Source of the DNA: Bacteroidaceae bacterium
GTDB lineage: Bacteria > Bacteroidota > Bacteroidia > Bacteroidales > Bacteroidaceae
Assembly (NCBI GenBank): GCA_016302965.1
Contig: JAEDMP010000002.1
Span: forward strand, 5,358 to 69,357
DNA length: 64,000 bases
Direction of reading: 5' to 3'
The translations under genes and the position numbers were made by a program. This document shows positions 9,539 to 18,001 of the stretch, piece by piece. Each line of letters opens with the position of its first letter. The first letter of the stretch is position 1. The notes below the pieces were generated by a model. That model saw nothing but the letters and a program-made list of their open reading frames with translations. It made no database searches and was not told where the DNA came from.

Positions 9539-11512
9539 TTATGCATCGATATTGGCATAGGTTGCGTTCTTCTCGATGAAGTCGCGGCGTGGCTCTACGT
9601 CGTCGCCCATCAGCATGGAGAAGATTTCGTCGGCCTCTGCCGCATTCTCGATGGTGATCTGTTTGAGCAGTCGTGTCTCGGGATTCATGGTCGTTTCCCA
9701 AAGCTGCTCGGGATTCATCTCACCGAGACCTTTGTAGCGCTGGGTGTGCAGGCTCTTGCCGTCTTCCACTCCGTTGCCCCACTTGTCGATGAAGGCTTGG
9801 CGCTGCTGTTCGGTATAGCAGTATTCCTTGGCCTTGTTCTTGTAGGTGCAGAGGTAGAGTGGGGGAGTGGCGATATAGAGGTGTCCCTCCTGGATGATTT
9901 TCGGCATGAAGCGGTAGAAGAGGGTCATGATGAGCGTGTCGATGTGCGAACCATCGACGTCGGCATCGGTCATGATGATAATCTTGTCGTAGCGCAGCTT
10001 CTCGATGTTGGCTTCCTTGTCGCCTTCGCCGTCTACGCCGAAGCGCACGCCGATGCTCTGGATGATGTTCATGACCGATTCGCTCTCGAACACCTTGTGC
10101 CACATCACCTTCTCCACGTTCAGAATCTTACCGCGCAGCGGGAGGATAGCCTGTGTGTAGCGGTCGCGTCCCTGTTTGGCGGAGCCGCCGGCCGAGTCAC
10201 CCTCGACGAGGAAGATTTCGCACGACTTGGGGTCTTTGTTCGAGCAGTCGGCCAGTTTGCCGGGCAGACCGCCACCCGTCATCGGGTTCTTGCGCTGTAC
10301 GCTCTCGCGGGCTTTGCGGGCGGCGATACGGGCGGTAGCGGCCAGAATCACCTTGTCACAGATGAGTTTGGCCTCTTTCGGATGCTCCTCGAGATAGTAG
10401 GCAAGTGCCTCGCCAACAGCCTGCTGCACGGCACCGGTCACTTCGCTGTTGCCCAGTTTGGTCTTGGTCTGACCCTCAAACTGGGGTTCGGCCACCTTGA
10501 TGGAGATGACTGCGGTGAGACCCTCGCGGAAGTCTTCGCCGGCAATCTCTATCTTGGCTTTCTCAATCTGCTTGGAGATAGTGGGGTCGGAGTCGGCATA
10601 TTTCTTCAAGGTGCGGGTGAGTGCCATGCGGAAACCGACGAGGTGGGTACCCCCTTCAATCGTGTTGATATTGTTGACGTAGGAGTGGATGTTCTCGCTG
10701 TAGTCCGTGTTGTACATCACAGCCACTTCGATGGGTATGCCCTGTTTTTCAGTCTTCAGATAGATGACATCGTCGAAGAGGTGGGTGCGGTGACGGTCCA
10801 CGTAGCGCACAAACTCCTTCAGACCGTCTTTGGCGTGGAACACCTCCTGGCGGGTTTTTCCTTCCTCATCGGGTCGCTTGTCGGTCAGCGTGATGGTGAT
10901 GCCGGCGTTCAGATAGGCCAGCTCGCGCATGCGCTTGGCGATGATGTCATATTTGTAGAGGGTAGTGGTGAAGATGGCGGGGTCGGGCCAGAACTGCTGG
11001 CGGGTGCCGCGTCGGTCGGTGGTGCCTGCTACCTTGACGGGATACAGGGGCTTTCCCTTCTCGTATTCCTGCTGATAAATCTTGCCGTCGCGGAACACTT
11101 GTGAGAGCATGTGGGTGGAGAGTGCGTTCACGCAGCTTACACCTACACCGTGCAGACCACCGCTGACCTTGTAGGAGCCTTTGTCGAACTTACCGCCAGC
11201 GTGGAGCACGGTCATGACCACTTCGAGGGCCGACTTGTGCAACTTGGCATGTTCGTCTACGGGAATGCCTCGTCCGTTATCTTCTACGGTGATGGAGTTA
11301 TCTTCGTTGATGGTTACTTCAATGTGGGTGCAATAGCCAGCCATGGCCTCGTCGATGGAGTTGTCGACGGTCTCGTTGACCAAATGATGCAAGCCCTTTT
11401 CGCTGACGTCGCCGATATACATGGCTGGACGCTTGCGTACTGCTTCCAGTCCCTCGAGCACCTGGATGTTACTCGCGGAATAGTTGTTTTCTTTGGTAAT
11501 ATCTTCTGCCAT
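9539..11512 (-). CDS. gyrB: DNA gyrase subunit B
   Basis: LEGLEAVRKRPAMYIG, GGLHGVGVS, VEGDSAGG, MTDADVDGSHI, QRYKGLGEMNP. Confidence 0.98.
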   Translation of the reverse strand: MAEDITKENNYSASNIQVLEGLEAVRKRPAMYIGDVSEKGLHHLVNETVDNSIDEAMAGYCTHIEVTINEDNSITVEDNGRGIPVDEHAKLHKSALEVVMTVLHAGGKFDKGSYKVSGGLHGVGVSCVNALSTHMLSQVFRDGKIYQQEYEKGKPLYPVKVAGTTDRRGTRQQFWPDPAIFTTTLYKYDIIAKRMRELAYLNAGITITLTDKRPDEEGKTRQEVFHAKDGLKEFVRYVDRHRTHLFDDVIYLKTEKQGIPIEVAVMYNTDYSENIHSYVNNINTIEGGTHLVGFRMALTRTLKKYADSDPTISKQIEKAKIEIAGEDFREGLTAVISIKVAEPQFEGQTKTKLGNSEVTGAVQQAVGEALAYYLEEHPKEAKLICDKVILAATARIAARKARESVQRKNPMTGGGLPGKLADCSNKDPKSCEIFLVEGDSAGGSAKQGRDRYTQAILPLRGKILNVEKVMWHKVFESESVMNIIQSIGVRFGVDGEGDKEANIEKLRYDKIIIMTDADVDGSHIDTLIMTLFYRFMPKIIQEGHLYIATPPLYLCTYKNKAKEYCYTEQQRQAFIDKWGNGVEDGKSLHTQRYKGLGEMNPEQLWETTMNPETRLLKQITIENAAEADEIFSMLMGDDVEPRRDFIEKNATYANIDA

Positions 11513-11580
11513 TTCTCGTTTTCTGTTTCAGGTTGCAAAGATACAAAAAATTATCGAAAGGAACGAATATTTTCTTCACA

Positions 11581-11613
11581 AAAAAAGGCAGGAATCAGCT
11601 GATTCCTGCCTTT
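11581..11613 (-). terminator. Intrinsic terminator after rpsT
   Basis: Perfect palindrome AAAGGCAGGAATCAGCTGATTCCTGCCTTT preceded by an A-run (U-tract on minus). Confidence 0.8.
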
Positions 11614-11635
11614 ATCTGTTTCTTGACGATTTAGC

Positions 11636-11890
11636 TTATCCAAGGCTGTTGATGTGAAGAGCAAGGCTCGACTTGATATTGGCAGCCTTATTCTTGTGAA
11701 TGATGTTGGTCTTGGCCAACTTGTCCAGCATCTTCTGGATGGTGGGATACATCTTTACGGCCTCTTCCTTGTCGGTTACGGCACGCAGTTTGCGCACAGC
11801 GTTGCGCATGGTTTTGGCGTAGTACTTGTTATGCAGCGCCCTTGTCTTCTCCTGACGGATTCTCTTGATTGAAGATTTGTGATTTGCCAT
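11636..11890 (-). CDS. rpsT: 30S ribosomal protein S20
   Basis: [13 protein letters not shown]...[13 protein letters not shown]; 84 aa. Confidence 0.97.
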   Translation of the reverse strand: MANHKSSIKRIRQEKTRALHNKYYAKTMRNAVRKLRAVTDKEEAVKMYPTIQKMLDKLAKTNIIHKNKAANIKSSLALHINSLG

Positions 11891-11915
11891 CTTATGATTT
11901 TCTATTTTTGTTTCG

Positions 11916-11987
11916 TAGTCCCTAGGAGAGTCGAACTCCTCTTTAGAGAATGAAAATCTCTCGTCCTAACCGATAGACGAAGGGACC
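11916..11987 (-). tRNA. tRNA-Glu(TTC)
   Basis: Minus strand GGTCCCT-TC-GTCTATCGGTTAGGAC-G-AGAGA TTTTCAT TCTCT-AAAG-AGGAG TTCGACT CTCCT-AGGGACT-A folds into a cloverleaf; anticodon TTC; CCA not encoded. Confidence 0.95.
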
Positions 11988-12004
11988 ATGTCTAATTGCG
12001 GATG

Positions 12005-12094
12005 CAAAGGTACGCATATTTTCTGATTTGCCAAAACTTTTCTCAAAAAAATGCAATGATTTTTGGATTTTTTCGCAAATTAGCGCTATCTTTG
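12005..12094. promoter_or_regulatory. Divergent -7 elements for tRNA-Glu/rpsT (-) and recO (+)
   Basis: TACCTTTG on minus at 12005-12012; TATCTTTG on plus at 12087-12094. Confidence 0.65.
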
Positions 12095-12112
12095 CACTGT
12101 TTTTACGCTGTT

Positions 12113-12838
12113 ATGCTGATTCAGACGAAGGCTTTGGTTCTCAGAACGGTGACTTTTGCCGACCGCAAAATCATTGTTGATATGTTCACCCATACGCATG
12201 GGCGGATGTCTTTTATAGTGGTTGTGCCCAATTCGCCCAGGGCAAAAATGAAGAAACAGTTCTTCCAGCCCTTGACCCTGCTCGAGCTCTCTCTCGACTA
12301 TCGGCAACATCTTTCCCTGCAGCGTATCAAGGAGGTGCGGATAGCCATGCCCTATACCTCGCTGACTTCCCATCCTCACAAATTGTCCATCTCGCTGTTT
12401 GTGGCCGAATTTCTCTGTCATGCCCTCAAGTCGGAACAGCAGAATGAATTGCTCTTCCATTACATCATTGACAGCATGCTCTGGTTGGATAATTGTCCCT
12501 CAGGTTTTGCCAATTTCCATATTGTCTTTATGATGCGTCTGTCGCGCTTCCTGGGGTTCTATCCCAATCTGGACGACTATCATGCAGGTTCGGTCTTCGA
12601 TTTGCAGGCGGCTTGCTTTGTCGGCACGCTGCCTGCCCACCGCTATTTCCTTTCGGCGACCGACTCTGCTGCCATGCGGGTGATGATGCGCATGGATTTT
12701 CCCACCATGCATCTCTTCCGCATGAGTCATGAAGAGCGCAACCGCCTGGTCGAGGCCATCATCACCTTCTACCGCTTGCATCTGCCCGATTTTCCCGAAC
12801 TCCGCTCCTTGGAGGTGCTGAAGGAACTCTACGGCTAA
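12113..12838 (+). CDS. recO: DNA repair protein RecO
   Basis: TKALVLRTVTFADRKIIVDMFT, FFQPLTLLE, RLSRFLGFYP, ELRSLEVLKELY; start placed downstream of the promoter. Confidence 0.9.
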   Translation: MLIQTKALVLRTVTFADRKIIVDMFTHTHGRMSFIVVVPNSPRAKMKKQFFQPLTLLELSLDYRQHLSLQRIKEVRIAMPYTSLTSHPHKLSISLFVAEFLCHALKSEQQNELLFHYIIDSMLWLDNCPSGFANFHIVFMMRLSRFLGFYPNLDDYHAGSVFDLQAACFVGTLPAHRYFLSATDSAAMRVMMRMDFPTMHLFRMSHEERNRLVEAIITFYRLHLPDFPELRSLEVLKELYG

Positions 12839-12861
12839 TTGAATCTTTTCCCCTTGCGTGC

Positions 12862-14223
12862 TTAGAACAGTCCCAACTCATGCATGAAGATGAGCAGGAT
12901 GAAGATGGGGCAGATATAACGCACCGTGAACAGAAACAGCGGGAAGAGTTTCTCGCTGACGGTTCCCTTGTTGGTGAACTCGTTTCTGACGGTGGTCAGG
13001 GAGGCATACCATCCCACATAGAAGGTGGTGAGCAAGGCTCCGATGGGCATCATCAGTTTGGCCGTGATAAAATCGAAGAAACTCAGCAATGGCATGCCAA
13101 ACAGGGTCATGCCCTCAACGGCGCCCATCGACATCGAACTGAGGATGCAGATGAGGCCCGAGGCTCCGCTGACAATCCATACCGCCTTCTTCCGGGGCAA
13201 CCGCATCTCTTCCTGGAAGAAGGAGGTGCCTATCTCGTGCATGGAGATGGTGGAGGTGAGGGCGGCCAGTGCCAGCAGTGCGTAGAAGAGGATGGAGATG
13301 AGATAGCCGGCCCAGGGGATATGGACAAAGGCTTGGTTGAACACATTGGGCAGGGTGATGAAGATGAGCGAAGGGCCTGAGTCGGCATCGATGCCCACCG
13401 AGAAGGCGGCGGGGAATATCATGAGTCCGGCCAGGATGGCTATCAGCGTGTCGATCAGGGCTATCTGCGCTGCCGACTTGGCCAGGTTGATTCCGCGGGA
13501 GAAGTAGGAGGCGTAGGTGCAGAGGCAGGCTGTGCCGAGGCTCAGTGAGAAGAAGGCCTGGCCCAGCGCGTCGAGCAGTGTCTCGTGGGTCACCTTGCTG
13601 AAGTCGGGTTTGAACAGGAACTCGATGCCTCGTTCCGCCCCCGGAAGCATACAGGAGGACACGACAATCACCAACAGCAGGATGAAGAGCAGGGGCATCA
13701 GCAGTTTCGACACCCGCTCGATGCCTCCCCTCACGCCCTTGGCCACCACCAGGTGGGTGAGTACAATGAAGAGCAGACCGCAGAGGATGGGGGTGATGAG
13801 GTCGGAGGAGAAGGTGCTGAAATAGTCCAGAATAAACTGGCTGTCGCCCGCCAGACGGTTGAGCACCGACGAGAGCAGGTAATAGAGGCACCAGCCGGCC
13901 ACCACCGAATAGAAACCGAAAATCAGGATGGACGAGAGGATGCCCATATAGCCTACCACCCGCCATCCTTTCTTGCCCGACAATCGTCCGTAGGCCCGGA
14001 CGGCATTGGTGCCCGCATGGCGGCCTACGATAAACTCGCAGATCATGCCGGGGATGCCCAGCAGCAGGATAAACAGGATATAGAGCAGGATGAAGGCGGC
14101 GCCGCCGTTCTCGCCCGTCATGTAGGGGAAACGCCAGATGTTGCCCAAGCCGACAGCCGATCCGGCTGTGGCGAGGATGATGCCGATGCGGCTCTTGAAG
14201 TTGTTATGGGATAGTCTTGCCAT
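12862..14223 (-). CDS. Sodium-dependent transporter, NSS/SNF family (copy 1)
   Basis: AGSAVGLGNIWRFPY signature, ALGQAFFSLSLG, GPSLIFITLP; 453 aa. Confidence 0.93.
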   Translation of the reverse strand: MARLSHNNFKSRIGIILATAGSAVGLGNIWRFPYMTGENGGAAFILLYILFILLLGIPGMICEFIVGRHAGTNAVRAYGRLSGKKGWRVVGYMGILSSILIFGFYSVVAGWCLYYLLSSVLNRLAGDSQFILDYFSTFSSDLITPILCGLLFIVLTHLVVAKGVRGGIERVSKLLMPLLFILLLVIVVSSCMLPGAERGIEFLFKPDFSKVTHETLLDALGQAFFSLSLGTACLCTYASYFSRGINLAKSAAQIALIDTLIAILAGLMIFPAAFSVGIDADSGPSLIFITLPNVFNQAFVHIPWAGYLISILFYALLALAALTSTISMHEIGTSFFQEEMRLPRKKAVWIVSGASGLICILSSMSMGAVEGMTLFGMPLLSFFDFITAKLMMPIGALLTTFYVGWYASLTTVRNEFTNKGTVSEKLFPLFLFTVRYICPIFILLIFMHELGLF

Positions 14224-14281
14224 GATGCTTGTTGAGAATGATAAGGGTGGTGGTAGGGATGTATTTGGTCCATCGTCTTTC

Positions 14282-15643
14282 TTAGATCCAGCCCAACTGG
14301 TGCATGAAGATGAGCAGGATGCAGAGCGGACAGATGTATTTCACGCTGAAGAGGTAGAGGTGGAAGAAACGCATGCGCAGCGTGCCCCAGTTGCTGTATT
14401 CGTCGCGTACCAGTTGGTGAGGGAGATGCCAGCCCACAAACAGACAGGTGAGGAAACCGCCGATGGGGAGGAACAGCTGTCCGGTGACGAAGTCGAAAAT
14501 GTCGAACAGCGACCAGCCCAGCACATGCAACTCTTCGTGCTGCCCCAATGACAGGGAGCAGAACACCGCCATCACCGAGCAACTGATGGTGACAATCAGG
14601 GCTGCCGAGCGGCGGCTGATGTTCAGTTCTTCATGGAAGAAGGCGGTGCTCACCTCGTGCAGGGATATCAGCGAGGTGAGGGCGGCCAGAGCCAGCAGGG
14701 CATAGAACAGCAGGGAGATGAGATAGCCCACCATGGGGATGGCTGCAAAGGCCGAGTTGAACACATTGGGCAGGGTGATGAAGATGAGTGAGGGACCCGA
14801 GTCGGGGTTGACACCCACCGAGAAGGCGGCGGGGAATATCATGAGGCCAGCGAGGATGGCCACTAAACTGTCGATCACTCCTATCTGCACTGCCGACCTC
14901 ACGAGGTTGGTCTGGCGGCTGAAGTAGGAGGCGTAGGTGCAGATGCAGCCCATGGCGAGACTGAGCGAATAGAAGGATTGGCCCAGCGCACCGAGAAACA
15001 CATCCTTGTTGAGTTTGCTGAAGTCGGGATGGAAGAGGAAGGCGATGCCCTTGCCGGCATCGGGCAGCATACAGGATGCCCCGACAATCACCAACAGCAG
15101 GATGAACAGGGCGGGCATCATCGTCTTCGAGGCCCGTTCAATGCCGTTGCGCACGCCATGCAGGATGACGAAATGGGTGATGCCCAAGAAGAGCACGGCC
15201 CAGAAAATGGGTTTGAAGGCGTTGCCGCTGAACTCGCTGAAATAGGTGCGGATATAGTCGGGGTTGCCATGCAGGTGGCCGGTGACCGAGGCATACAGAT
15301 ACTGCAGGCACCAGCCCGCCACCACGGCATAGTAGCCCGTGATGAGAAACCCCGTGATGACACCGAGATAACCCACAATCCACCACGGCTTGCCTCCCGA
15401 CAGTTTCGTGTAGGCACGTGCCGTATTCGACTGGGCATGTCTACCGATGATGAACTCGTTGATCATGCAGGGGATGCCGAGAAACAAGACGCAGCCGATA
15501 TATAAGAGGATGAACACGGCTCCACCGTTTTCACCCGTCATGTAGGGAAAGCGCCACACGTTGCCCAAGCCTACCGCCGAGCCGGCTGTGGCCAGGATGA
15601 TGCCCAGTTTGCTTCCGAAATTTGATCTTTCCAGTTCTGCCAT
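14282..15643 (-). CDS. Sodium-dependent transporter, NSS/SNF family (copy 2)
   Basis: AGSAVGLGNVWRFPY signature; 453 aa; tandem paralogue. Confidence 0.93.
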   Translation of the reverse strand: MAELERSNFGSKLGIILATAGSAVGLGNVWRFPYMTGENGGAVFILLYIGCVLFLGIPCMINEFIIGRHAQSNTARAYTKLSGGKPWWIVGYLGVITGFLITGYYAVVAGWCLQYLYASVTGHLHGNPDYIRTYFSEFSGNAFKPIFWAVLFLGITHFVILHGVRNGIERASKTMMPALFILLLVIVGASCMLPDAGKGIAFLFHPDFSKLNKDVFLGALGQSFYSLSLAMGCICTYASYFSRQTNLVRSAVQIGVIDSLVAILAGLMIFPAAFSVGVNPDSGPSLIFITLPNVFNSAFAAIPMVGYLISLLFYALLALAALTSLISLHEVSTAFFHEELNISRRSAALIVTISCSVMAVFCSLSLGQHEELHVLGWSLFDIFDFVTGQLFLPIGGFLTCLFVGWHLPHQLVRDEYSNWGTLRMRFFHLYLFSVKYICPLCILLIFMHQLGWI

Positions 15644-15701
15644 TTCTTTGCTGTACGAATTGTTTTTGTATGGTTTTGAATGAATATTGTCGAATCGCTT
15701 G

Positions 15702-15729
15702 CAAAATTATAAATAAATTCTTAATTTTG
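15702..15729. promoter_or_regulatory. Back-to-back divergent -7 elements (NSS operon / vanZ)
   Basis: CAAAATTA at 15702-15709 (TAATTTTG on minus) and TAATTTTG at 15722-15729. Confidence 0.6.
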
Positions 15730-15749
15730 CACACAAATATAAGTAAAAT

Positions 15750-16139
15750 ATGAAATATTCATTTCAATTAGTAAGAAGATACCCCCTCACCACTATCTGT
15801 ATGTTGCTGATTTGGTATCTGTCGTTCTTCACGCCACCCAAAACCGAACTGGATGAAGTGGCCTTTATCGACAAGTGGGTGCATATCATCATGTATGGGG
15901 GCACTTGTGTCGTGATGTGGGGCGAGTATCTGCGCCGGCATAAGCCGGTGACGCAGTGGGGCAGGCTGTTGTTCCTGGCCTGGCTGTCGCCTATCCTGAT
16001 GAGTGGCTTGATAGAATTGCTTCAAGCCTATTGTACCGGTGGAACGCGAAGTGGCGACTGGATCGACCTGGCGGCCAATGCCATCGGGGTGACCATGGCC
16101 GCCGTGCTGGGGATGGTGGTTACTGCTTTTCGGAAGTAG
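15750..16139 (+). CDS. VanZ family membrane protein
   Basis: DKWVHIIMY, IELLQ and RSGDWIDLAANAIG motifs. Confidence 0.88.
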   Translation: MKYSFQLVRRYPLTTICMLLIWYLSFFTPPKTELDEVAFIDKWVHIIMYGGTCVVMWGEYLRRHKPVTQWGRLLFLAWLSPILMSGLIELLQAYCTGGTRSGDWIDLAANAIGVTMAAVLGMVVTAFRK

Positions 16140-16611
16140 GCCACTGGCTGTAGGGGTACTCCCGCAGGTGGCTGTTGTAGTAGCGGCGGTCGCCTGTCAC
16201 CTCTTGTCCGATGAACGAGGGTTTCTCAAATGTCTCGGTTTCTGACTGCAGTTCCACCTCGGCCATCACCAGTCCCTGGTTGTCGCCATAGAACTCGTCT
16301 ACCTCAAAGGTGTGATTGCCTGCACGAACCAGGTAGCGGGTCTTGTCGATGATGCCCGGTTCGCAGAGTTCGAACAGATGGGCTGCTTCCTCGGCGCTGA
16401 TTTCCTTTTCAAACTCATAGCGGCTCATGCCTTTGGCGTCAGAGGGGCCCTTGATGGTCAGAAAACCTTGACCGTCGCGGAGACGCACTCTGACAGTGGC
16501 TCCGCGGCGGCTGCTGATGTATCCCTGCTTGATGCGGCTATGGTGGAAAGCCTGCTGCTTATAGTCCTCGCCGCATACCAGGAATTTGCGTTCAATTTCC
16601 AGTCCGCTCAT
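16120..16611 (-). CDS. CYTH domain protein (triphosphate tunnel metalloenzyme)
   Basis: EIERKF, QGYI, VRVR, LTIKG, RYEFE, IDKTRY, FEVDEF, AEVEL, EVTGDRRYYN; start at MSGLEIERK. Confidence 0.92.
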   Translation of the reverse strand: MSGLEIERKFLVCGEDYKQQAFHHSRIKQGYISSRRGATVRVRLRDGQGFLTIKGPSDAKGMSRYEFEKEISAEEAAHLFELCEPGIIDKTRYLVRAGNHTFEVDEFYGDNQGLVMAEVELQSETETFEKPSFIGQEVTGDRRYYNSHLREYPYSQWPTSEKQ

Positions 16612-16616
16612 GCTGC

Positions 16617-16763
16617 TTATCCCATGAGGACACAAGTATAGACGGCAAAGATCAGGGCCAGTACGATGAGTACGCCGATGATCCATTTCACCACTTTCTT
16701 TCCTTCTTTCTCCTGCTTGGCCTCGTAGGCTGCGCGGCGTGCATTGTCTTTTTTCTTGCTCAT
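16617..16763 (-). CDS. Small single-TM membrane protein (48 aa), absent from the ORF track
   Basis: MSKKKDNARRAAYEAKQEKEGKKVVKWIIGVLIVLALIFAVYTCVLMG*: charged N-terminus plus hydrophobic helix; fills the prfB-CYTH gap. Confidence 0.7.
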   Translation of the reverse strand: MSKKKDNARRAAYEAKQEKEGKKVVKWIIGVLIVLALIFAVYTCVLMG

Positions 16764-16794
16764 AATAGGTATGTTTTTTGGTTATTAGTTGTTG

Positions 16795-17916
16795 TCAGTC
16801 TTCGTCGTTCACGGGGAACTCCATCAGGTAGGCTTTGATGAACTCGTCTATCTTGCCGTCCATCACACCGTCCACATCCGAGGTCTGGTAGTTGGTGCGG
16901 TGGTCCTTCACGCGGCGGTCATCAAACACGTAGCTTCTGATTTGGCTGCCCCATTCAATCTTTTTCTTCCCCGCCTCAATCTTGGCCTGGGCTTCCAGAC
17001 GCTTCTTCATGGCGCGGTCGTAGAGTTGCGATTTCAGCAGTCGCATGGCGTTGTTGCGGTTTTCCAGCTGCTTGCGGCTTTCCGTGTTCTCGATGAGGAT
17101 TTCTTCCTCCTCGCCCGTGTCGGGGTCCACATATTGGTAGCGCAGACGCACACCGGTCTCCACCTTGTTCACGTTCTGTCCGCCGGCACCGCCGCTTCGG
17201 AAGAGGTCCCAACTCACCTTCGAGGGGTCTACGAACACCTCGATGGTATCGTCGACGAGCGGCGATACGAACACACTGGCAAAACTGGTCATGCGTTTGC
17301 CCTGGGCATTGAAGGGTGACACGCGCACCAGGCGGTGCACACCGTTCTCGCTCTTCAGATAGCCGTAGGCATATTCGCCGCCTTCTATCTCCATGGTCAC
17401 ACTTTTGATGCCGGCTTCGTCGCCGTCCTGCAGGTTGCTGATGGTCACCTTGTGGCCGTGGGCCTCGGCCCAGCGCTGGTACATACGCATGAGCATCGAT
17501 GCCCAGTCCTGGCTCTCGGTGCCGCCGGCGCCGCTGTTGATTTTGAGCACGCAGTCCATCGGGTCTTCCTTCTGGCGCAGCATGTTCATCAGTTCCAGGT
17601 TCTCGATGGCCTTGACCGCCTTCTGGTAGTCTTCGTCCACTTCCTCTTCGCTCACCATCTCGTCTTTGTAGAATTCAAAGGCCAGTTGCAACTCATCGGC
17701 CAGGGTTTTCACCTCCTGGTAGCCGTCGAGCCAGCGCTTGATGCCCTTCACCTTCTTCATTTGTTCTTCAGCCCGTTTGGGGTCATCCCAGAAGTCGGGG
17801 GCTTGGGTGCGGAGGTCTTCCTCCTCAAATTCTATTTTCTTCTTGTCTATCTCCAAGTATCTGTGCAGGGCTTCCGTACGTTCCAGCACATCTTTCAGTT
17901 GGTCTTGTGTGATCAT
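16795..17916 (-). CDS. prfB: Peptide chain release factor 2, continuous ORF with no programmed frameshift
   Basis: GAGGTESQDWA, VHRLVRVSPF (SPF recognition motif), GAGGQNVNK (GGQ), WGSQIRSYV. Confidence 0.97.
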   Translation of the reverse strand: MITQDQLKDVLERTEALHRYLEIDKKKIEFEEEDLRTQAPDFWDDPKRAEEQMKKVKGIKRWLDGYQEVKTLADELQLAFEFYKDEMVSEEEVDEDYQKAVKAIENLELMNMLRQKEDPMDCVLKINSGAGGTESQDWASMLMRMYQRWAEAHGHKVTISNLQDGDEAGIKSVTMEIEGGEYAYGYLKSENGVHRLVRVSPFNAQGKRMTSFASVFVSPLVDDTIEVFVDPSKVSWDLFRSGGAGGQNVNKVETGVRLRYQYVDPDTGEEEEILIENTESRKQLENRNNAMRLLKSQLYDRAMKKRLEAQAKIEAGKKKIEWGSQIRSYVFDDRRVKDHRTNYQTSDVDGVMDGKIDEFIKAYLMEFPVNDED

Positions 17917-17933
17917 ATTTTTCTGTTACACCT

Positions 17934-17990
17934 TATTATATATATAAACATTATATATAGAGCATTATATATAGAGCATTATATATAGCG
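17934..17990. repeat. 14-bp tandem repeat (3 copies plus a degenerate one) upstream of prfB
   Basis: CATTATATATAGAG x2 then CATTATATATAGCG at 17949-17990. Confidence 0.85.
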
Positions 17991-18001
17991 ACATTCCGTG
18001 C

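Noticed and set aside
11916..11987. tRNA-Glu as an integration site for a mobile element
   Set aside because: Flanked directly by rpsT and recO; no integrase or duplicated tRNA 3' end was seen
11996..12112. N-terminal extensions in the ORF track (recO; likewise AraC, acyl-CoA ligase, glsA, yjbQ, large FAS1 gene)
   Set aside because: The extensions run through AT-rich promoter DNA, mostly containing TAnnTTTG elements; downstream ATGs fit the family N-termini or signal peptides better
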